Shown: piece after piece, positions 57,701 through 60,629 of the stretch
How the letters are laid out: every line of letters starts with the position of its first letter
Position numbering within the stretch: position 1 is the first letter of the stretch
Assembly: GCA_964425275.1 (NCBI GenBank)
Contig: CAYRLZ010000019.1
Location: 1-60,629, forward strand
From: an uncultured bacterium
GTDB lineage: Bacteria; Hydrothermota; Tepidihabitantia; Tepidihabitantales; JBDRVQ01
Direction: 5' to 3'
Length of the DNA: 60,629 nt
The notes under the pieces: generated by a model
Told to the model about the DNA's origin: nothing
Database searches by the model: none
The model's input: only the letters and a program-made list of their open reading frames with translations
Program-made: the position numbers and the translations under genes

Positions 57701-58337
57701 GCGGGATATTATTAATCGCCACCTCCGGTGTCTGACCCGCTCTAATCTCACAAATCTTTAAGTGGTAACGAACAACAAAACCGGGATGAGATGTCGCCGG
57801 TGTCCACTGGAAGGTCGGGAATTGAATCCGGACCGTATCAAAATTCGCCGGCGCAACCAGCGAAGGCGGATTAAAACTCAGGATATAAAATACCGCTTCC
57901 CTCTCCGCCAAAACCCCACCGGTTCCCACTCGGACCAATTGGACATAAAGGGTATAAGTTCCTTCCAAAAGCCTTCCGGTGCGGACGATCTGATCCCGAT
58001 AATCCGGATTATAAGTGATATTTCGGTAGTTCAAAAAATCCCGGTTATCCCGATAGATTGTCTGGGGAGAGGTAAAGATAATATTGTCCGATTGGCCGGT
58101 GGCAATCTCACCCCGTTCCGCGGATACGACCCTTGACACCAAACGCACGGACTCCGGAGTTGAGCCGGAATAATTGATTGTGATATTAACAATTCCGGGG
58201 TTATTTTCCCAATCTGAGACAAAAGGGCTCGGATAAGATTGGCAGGAAAGATTAAGCGAGAAATCCTGGGCGAAAAGATAAAAATTAAAAATAAAAAAAA
58301 TTGGCAAAAAAAACTTAATTTTGTTTAAGGGGCTCAT
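51777..58337 (-). CDS. giant secreted multidomain protein (2186 aa) with C-terminal FN3-like repeats
   Basis: Signal peptide (FFLPIFFIFNFYLFAQ). A long beta-rich body, a short Glu/Lys/Ala-rich segment near EMEAEKERVKEAMDEAK, and three C-terminal modules (DTTPPTRP / DTSPPTKP / DQTPPPS ... ESGI..Y.Y). SD AAGGAGAGG. Confidence 0.8.
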   Translation of the reverse strand: MSPLNKIKFFLPIFFIFNFYLFAQDFSLNLSCQSYPSPFVSDWENNPGIVNITINYSGSTPESVRLVSRVVSAERGEIATGQSDNIIFTSPQTIYRDNRDFLNYRNITYNPDYRDQIVRTGRLLEGTYTLYVQLVRVGTGGVLAEREAVFYILSFNPPSLVAPANFDTVRIQFPTFQWTPATSHPGFVVRYHLKICEIRAGQTPEVAINNIPHHSEVIVDRISFTYPNSAQALEENKSYCWQVQAKDRNDVPIGDNEGKSEIWQFTYKTTREPEFSLDSVRLFLARQIPVNATVQAKVKFWGRGSGDVRGRFLIDNSPWRVFSQHTYGLPDSFFSISLPTGEGNIGSHKLKIEITEPNELKDSVNYEVVRDTGLRVDSLLLVDGVALIKEISNPLIPDGPPGSNRYRFPDGTVATMKLLSLDNNSVSSCTLSNFKIVLNPSDRFRSTIDTGVVQRSAGADTSFFGYKNNFLKVTKLRFEKRGGTVDFISVNAKLNIPVINVTLYELNDLIVRRTGIEGKGFSTTQEFSKWGVTFSLHDISPNRAITVGKTGDTLWAEFCGDIKLSRQGTQTVLTQFTNFKVTHQGKITGRFAFADPFRFIPNNPYLKLDTINFYDSLNQYYLRFTGKIESLPKPIDTILPRTRFSFLIDRDGNTVGKIVPLNELSPDRRGTNNDLSEFRIPVVDCTLDLTYLGITLTIVNNDLKLNQSKIEMAMDIYFPFKDDADRLLPVEQRRLAIGELNRLGQLEGAITIDFNGNLNWNLPPSIPVIRDKRLNLGDVIRFKLETMAIEPLPFAFVFNCSLGINVYGVGGGARIEGLKIRTNGDIEYPTVRGGGFKILEVFNISIGLIRWSDKDTTLSFNSDQTTGEGERRNFQSGTQSISCRGFFLMEDAAINIGSGGSIASGGFDRLLVYKPTSGGSKKVTLTGADLSIAGMQLLADYDYSNPTGNLRFAGTLNITSGMGVTCVGKIGNRDGHPSFGLFVAVRGLQVPVGPGITLTDLGGGFFWYPEEIDIATVRTHCGFTRPAMENKFQAKRPSASDPGAFALLLYGAVEFLGSDALVTGKALLTLSTRRFDLDAEARVLKIAEPGIDAKGMLYLSVGWNPAYAEGRVEIDVDVVELITGNGYFEFYVYSPDAWGIMGGAELSVIRIVDAETDFFIGNPGFLLEVSFGFGIDIYILSGSIDFDGMVWYKKIDPRSWGGYAGVRAEGEILWGLAGVSFGLEGALIGEPEYLIYCVGSLRVEALWVEVFNGSIWVAMGKNGFDGGTGRNSRYDQLIADARNMANEMEAEKERVKEAMDEAKMTMFALSEEQRQRAGMALVEVSGWQYENYRSWYDIEVNRWLMIFGTLPAIFASQRDSGIFDPVSAELKRMRDTLNEKERLTGYFLRSEIDSTQARVNRRLEGYRAILEERLPTVREVGLLGSPLRGKNSQTITVQGTDTGFTVTAQVGYDIDYTQADEQKGAINNAKSDNEQYRQELLRIAGVIDEKLLKLDSLLYISTRYQRNDMSTLCSLYYQGYQKVIDYYWLFGQYLDKNQNNAARKINFFFNRQIYREDTVGGRVVWRGNLPCSTALLRFLWSAVNRIDSLPLVIWTNSRREIIYRVLLQEPVENWPPIPSDLEGLRNMWVSFGMEIWYNIPKAGYQEILRRAPERRDTVIAVYQRSTGNFSRSWANWTNSLDRVYARKSEFYELLYDLYDQIELSGDVPTPVPRRTVTIRGRTYPMIARTLNFSPASRRKSELARLLTPPRITSFPGEYISDATMPSGFGRLNLSWSATHPVRVVDYSFWLRKEGERFRILPSPKTLGLARSLWLPFISKITEPGDYGIFLRARGAGGYPITRKGVVRVDYYGPDVPPQRNRMSSLDTTPPTRPAITTDTLIASSGQIYAQWSAFDGESGIEEYQYRLGSYFYSPVLRRYVYNPVLDWTSSGGRTEVNIRNLRLASGETYKLGVKAKNGVGLWGAEGEKVIKIDTSPPTKPQILEFLQTLYRGPQTLFARWQRSEDRESGIWRYVYSIGKRPFGTDVVDTTRLSPTFAYFYALPSSPLKNGDTLFLTVRAFNHSRLPTIEPMTLESMDTASLIVQFSDQTPPPSFGVRYTKNLYYTFAWDSTYDRESGIYAYRFRFEAENGDPITNWTDAPTGMRSIAFTPSQLRTIGIASGRFYIFKVSAINGAGLSTFSSVRFSY

Positions 58338-58371
58338 AAATCCTCTCCTTGACTTATAACCTACTATTAAT

Positions 58372-58399
58372 ATTATACAGGATTTTTTAGTTTTGTCAA
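58372..58399 (-). promoter_or_regulatory. consensus sigma-70 promoter of the giant-protein operon
   Basis: On the minus strand: TTGACA, 16-nt spacer, TATAAT. The SD and ATG at 58337 follow. Confidence 0.7.
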
Positions 58400-58456
58400 T
58401 ATGAGAAGAGAGAGGAAACGTATATAGGCTAAAACGTATAGCGTATTTTATTCTGT

Positions 58457-58867
58457 CTAGTCTTCAATTTTTTTCAGTAAATCTAAAACCCGTTCCTTTA
58501 TCATCTCCCTGACCCGGCGGAACTCCTCAATACCCTTGCCCTTGGGGTCGGGTATCTGCCATTCAATTCGCCTGGCTCCAGGGAGAAACGGACATTCAAC
58601 CTCACAGCCCATTGTTACGAGATAGTCAAATTTTAAATCCGGCAGGTCATTAAACCCTTTGGGTCTGGCATTGGTTATATCAATGCCCACCTCCTTCATC
58701 ACCGCAATCGCCTCCGGTGATACCGCGTTTTCGGGATGAGAACCAGCGGAGGCACATTCAATATCTTTACTGAAATGCCGACAAAATGCCTCCGCCATCT
58801 GACTCCGGCAGGAATTACCAGCACAGGCAAACAAAATCCGCTTCATCTTTTTATACTCCTCGTGCAA
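58457..58867 (-). CDS. arsC: LMW-PTP-type arsenate reductase (ArsC-like)
   Basis: 136 aa with ILFACAGNSCRSQMAEA (CX5R P-loop) and a downstream Cys pair (GCEVEC). Confidence 0.75.
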   Translation of the reverse strand: MHEEYKKMKRILFACAGNSCRSQMAEAFCRHFSKDIECASAGSHPENAVSPEAIAVMKEVGIDITNARPKGFNDLPDLKFDYLVTMGCEVECPFLPGARRIEWQIPDPKGKGIEEFRRVREMIKERVLDLLKKIED

Positions 58868-58951
58868 CAGACCCAGAGTAGTATCTCCGCCCTTTCGTTA
58901 TCTTAAAAAGGCAAAAAGATATTCTCCACCTTTTATCTGAGGCAGGTGTTT

Positions 58952-59251
58952 TTATATTTTCTCCTCGTCCTCTTTCTTTTTCCGTTCCTTTTCTAACTCC
59001 TCAATGCGCCTCTCCAATTCTGCTTTCTCCTCTTTTAGAGCCGCAAGTTCCGTCTTTAAATCCTCTTCGGTAAATACCGTTGGAACTCCCCAGCGGTAAA
59101 GTTGCCAAGCATGCACAATCCTGCCACTTGGTGTTTGGTAAAACGCATGAGGACCTGTTCCGCATCGACAAGGTCCAATATAGGTATAGCCCTTTGGCGC
59201 TATTACTGGCGGTTGCCCGCCTATCCATCTCATATGCCTTCTTCCATACAT
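58952..59251 (-). CDS. DUF5320-like protein with a C-terminal coiled coil
   Basis: 99 aa. N-terminal Gly/Pro/Cys-rich part and C-terminal LKTELAALKEEKAELERRIEELEKERKKK. Often found next to Mrp/NifX-like genes in anaerobes, as I recall. Confidence 0.5.
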   Translation of the reverse strand: MYGRRHMRWIGGQPPVIAPKGYTYIGPCRCGTGPHAFYQTPSGRIVHAWQLYRWGVPTVFTEEDLKTELAALKEEKAELERRIEELEKERKKKEDEEKI

Positions 59252-59253
59252 AA

Positions 59254-59439
59254 CTAATCACCTCCTAATCTTTTTTTAATTTGTTGGTGATGGTAAGAAC
59301 CTTCTCTTACCATTTTTGTTCCACATCTGGGACATTTCTCTTCCCGGCAAGGTATCCCGGCAACATGGGGTTTTCTGTAGCCACATTTTGGGCAGATACA
59401 AGATCCGCCCGGACCTATACCTTCCTTTTTTTCTATCAT
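59254..59439 (-). CDS. small zinc-ribbon protein
   Basis: 61 aa with two CxxC pairs (CPKCG ... CPRCG). Confidence 0.55.
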   Translation of the reverse strand: MIEKKEGIGPGGSCICPKCGYRKPHVAGIPCREEKCPRCGTKMVREGSYHHQQIKKRLGGD

Positions 59440-59536
59440 TGAAGACCTCCTTTAAGATATCTCTTTTCTGCCCAAACCAGCAGTATTCTATTCATTTTCT
59501 CCTCCCTTTTATCGCAACTGAAAGATAAAATTTGCT

Positions 59537-60352
59537 TTATCTCTTTTTACCCTCCTCATCCAAGAGGCACTGAACTATGTGCTGAAATTTGAGTGCGAGC
59601 GGACCTTCCGGTTGGGAAAGAACCACTGCCTGACCCTGGTCCGCATCCGCTGCTGCCTTGGGTATAAATGGCAACCGGGCTAAAATCGGCACGGCCAGTT
59701 CCTGTGCCATCCTGATTGCACCGCCAAGAGGGAAAAGCGAACTGGCTTTGCCGCAGTGCGGGCAGACAAATTCACTCATATTTTCAACAATCCCGATTAC
59801 CCGCAGGTTGACCATTCGGGCAAATTCCAGTGCGCGCCGGGCATCAAGCGCCGAAACCTCCTCCGGTGTGGTTACGATAATGGCGATGGTTGCCCTGACC
59901 AGTTGGGCAATGGAAAGCGGCTCATCACCGGTTCCGGGCGGCGAATCAATCACCAGCCAGTCCAGTTCCCCCCAGCTGACATTACCGAGAAACTCCATTA
60001 TCGCCTTCGCCTTCAGGGGACCACGCCAGATGATGGGTCCATTTTTCACCAGTAGCGCCATTGACATTACCTTCGTCCCGAGTGGGCCGGTAAACGGCAG
60101 AAATCCGCCATCGGGTGTAATGGTCGGTTCGCCTCCCTGAATCCCCAGCATCAATGGCACATTTGGGCCGTGAATGTCGGCATCTAAAATCCCGACTCGG
60201 CGTCCAGCCTGTCTCAAGAATAAGGCAATGTTTACCGCCACCGTGGTCTTACCCACCCCACCTTTACCACTTAACACAATCAGCCGGTTGCCAATCTGGG
60301 CAAGGTTTTCATCAATCTTTTTTGTCAGTTCATCCGTTCCGGATTGACTCAT
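59537..60352 (-). CDS. apbC: Mrp/NBP35 (ApbC) family ATP-binding Fe-S cluster carrier
   Basis: 271 aa with the deviant Walker A SGKGGVGKTT and the cluster-binding CPHCG motif. Confidence 0.88.
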   Translation of the reverse strand: MSQSGTDELTKKIDENLAQIGNRLIVLSGKGGVGKTTVAVNIALFLRQAGRRVGILDADIHGPNVPLMLGIQGGEPTITPDGGFLPFTGPLGTKVMSMALLVKNGPIIWRGPLKAKAIMEFLGNVSWGELDWLVIDSPPGTGDEPLSIAQLVRATIAIIVTTPEEVSALDARRALEFARMVNLRVIGIVENMSEFVCPHCGKASSLFPLGGAIRMAQELAVPILARLPFIPKAAADADQGQAVVLSQPEGPLALKFQHIVQCLLDEEGKKR

Positions 60353-60355
60353 AAG

Positions 60356-60629
60356 TTAATCCTGATGTCCCGGGCAAATTCCGGCAGCATCACTTAACCG
60401 GCCCGCAATGTAATCCTCAACCGCACCATTCACATCGGTTTCTCTAATAATAAAAAGTGGTTTGATGCCTGCCTGGTTTAGGTCAAGTAGGGCGCGCCGA
60501 CCCATTCCCCGACAGATAACCGCATCGCAGTCCTTCAGTGCCTCAACTATCGCACTATGGTGATGATGAGTGGGCAAAGAATCTCCGCATTCTCCCTTGC
60601 TGTGCCCAGTAAACTCATTTGCCCGCACC
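60356..60629 (-). CDS. NifB/NifX-family (dinitrogenase FeMo-cofactor-binding fold) protein, 5'-truncated by the window edge
   Basis: The C-terminal part ...IVEALKDCDAVICRGMGRRALLDLNQAGIKP... is typical of the family. The ORF runs off the window. Confidence 0.6.
   Translation of the reverse strand, partial: VRANEFTGHSKGECGDSLPTHHHHSAIVEALKDCDAVICRGMGRRALLDLNQAGIKPLFIIRETDVNGAVEDYIAGRLSDAAGICPGHQD

Noticed and set aside
59658-60140. The 160-aa and 99-aa + strand ORFs opposite the Mrp/ApbC gene.
   Set aside because: They are antisense to a gene with Walker A and CPHC motifs, and their composition is low complexity.

Overview
This 60.6-kb window looks like it comes from an uncultivated bacterium. 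Two secreted proteins carry apparent T9SS-type C-terminal sorting domains, which suggests FCB-superphylum affinity; that is an inference. All coordinates, motif calls and counts below are hand-derived from the raw sequence, and every family assignment is from remembered sequence motifs, with no database search. Contents from left to right:

- **1-2400:** an island of four small addiction-type two-gene modules. These are DUF5678-like plus a retropepsin-like protease, DUF433 plus a frameshifted DUF5615/PIN-like pseudogene, and HicB/HicA. A conserved ~41-nt repeat follows each module.
- **2470-16238:** the classic tRNA(Thr-Tyr-Gly-Thr)-tuf-rpmG-tRNA(Trp)-secE-nusG-rplKAJL-rpoBC-rpsLG block.
- **18.2-26.6 kb:** an operon encoding a lipoprotein, a sigma-54 activator and a Ser/Thr kinase. 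It is followed by secreted-protein genes, two of which sit behind textbook -24/-12 promoters.
- **27-38.5 kb:** a fused double ThyX, an LCP protein, carbamate kinase, a DUF89 protein, uvrA, rlmI-like and recJ.
- **38.7-47.5 kb:** a polysaccharide locus (wzz-like, GT2, wecB, wzx-like, wzy-like, GT4), then rtcA and a small methyltransferase.
- **48.2-58.4 kb:** an operon under a consensus promoter encoding a 2186-aa secreted giant protein, a multi-FN3 protein and an outer-membrane beta-barrel.
- **58.4-60.6 kb:** an arsC-like gene and a Mrp/NifX-like Fe-S cluster.

The most unusual signal is a pair of paralogous non-genic loci at 16351-16761 and 47647-48126. Each carries 21 phase-locked 12-nt units with a near-invariant AATAG core (CTATT on the minus strand). 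Between the two copies the inter-core positions are strongly diverged and there are no indels inside the arrays. Each array is followed by an identical 63-nt block. The conservation pattern points to selection at the nucleic-acid level rather than the protein level. A third, degenerate 12-nt-phased pyrimidine tract lies at 26779-26982. I regard these arrays as a candidate undescribed RNA or DNA element. Their function is unknown.
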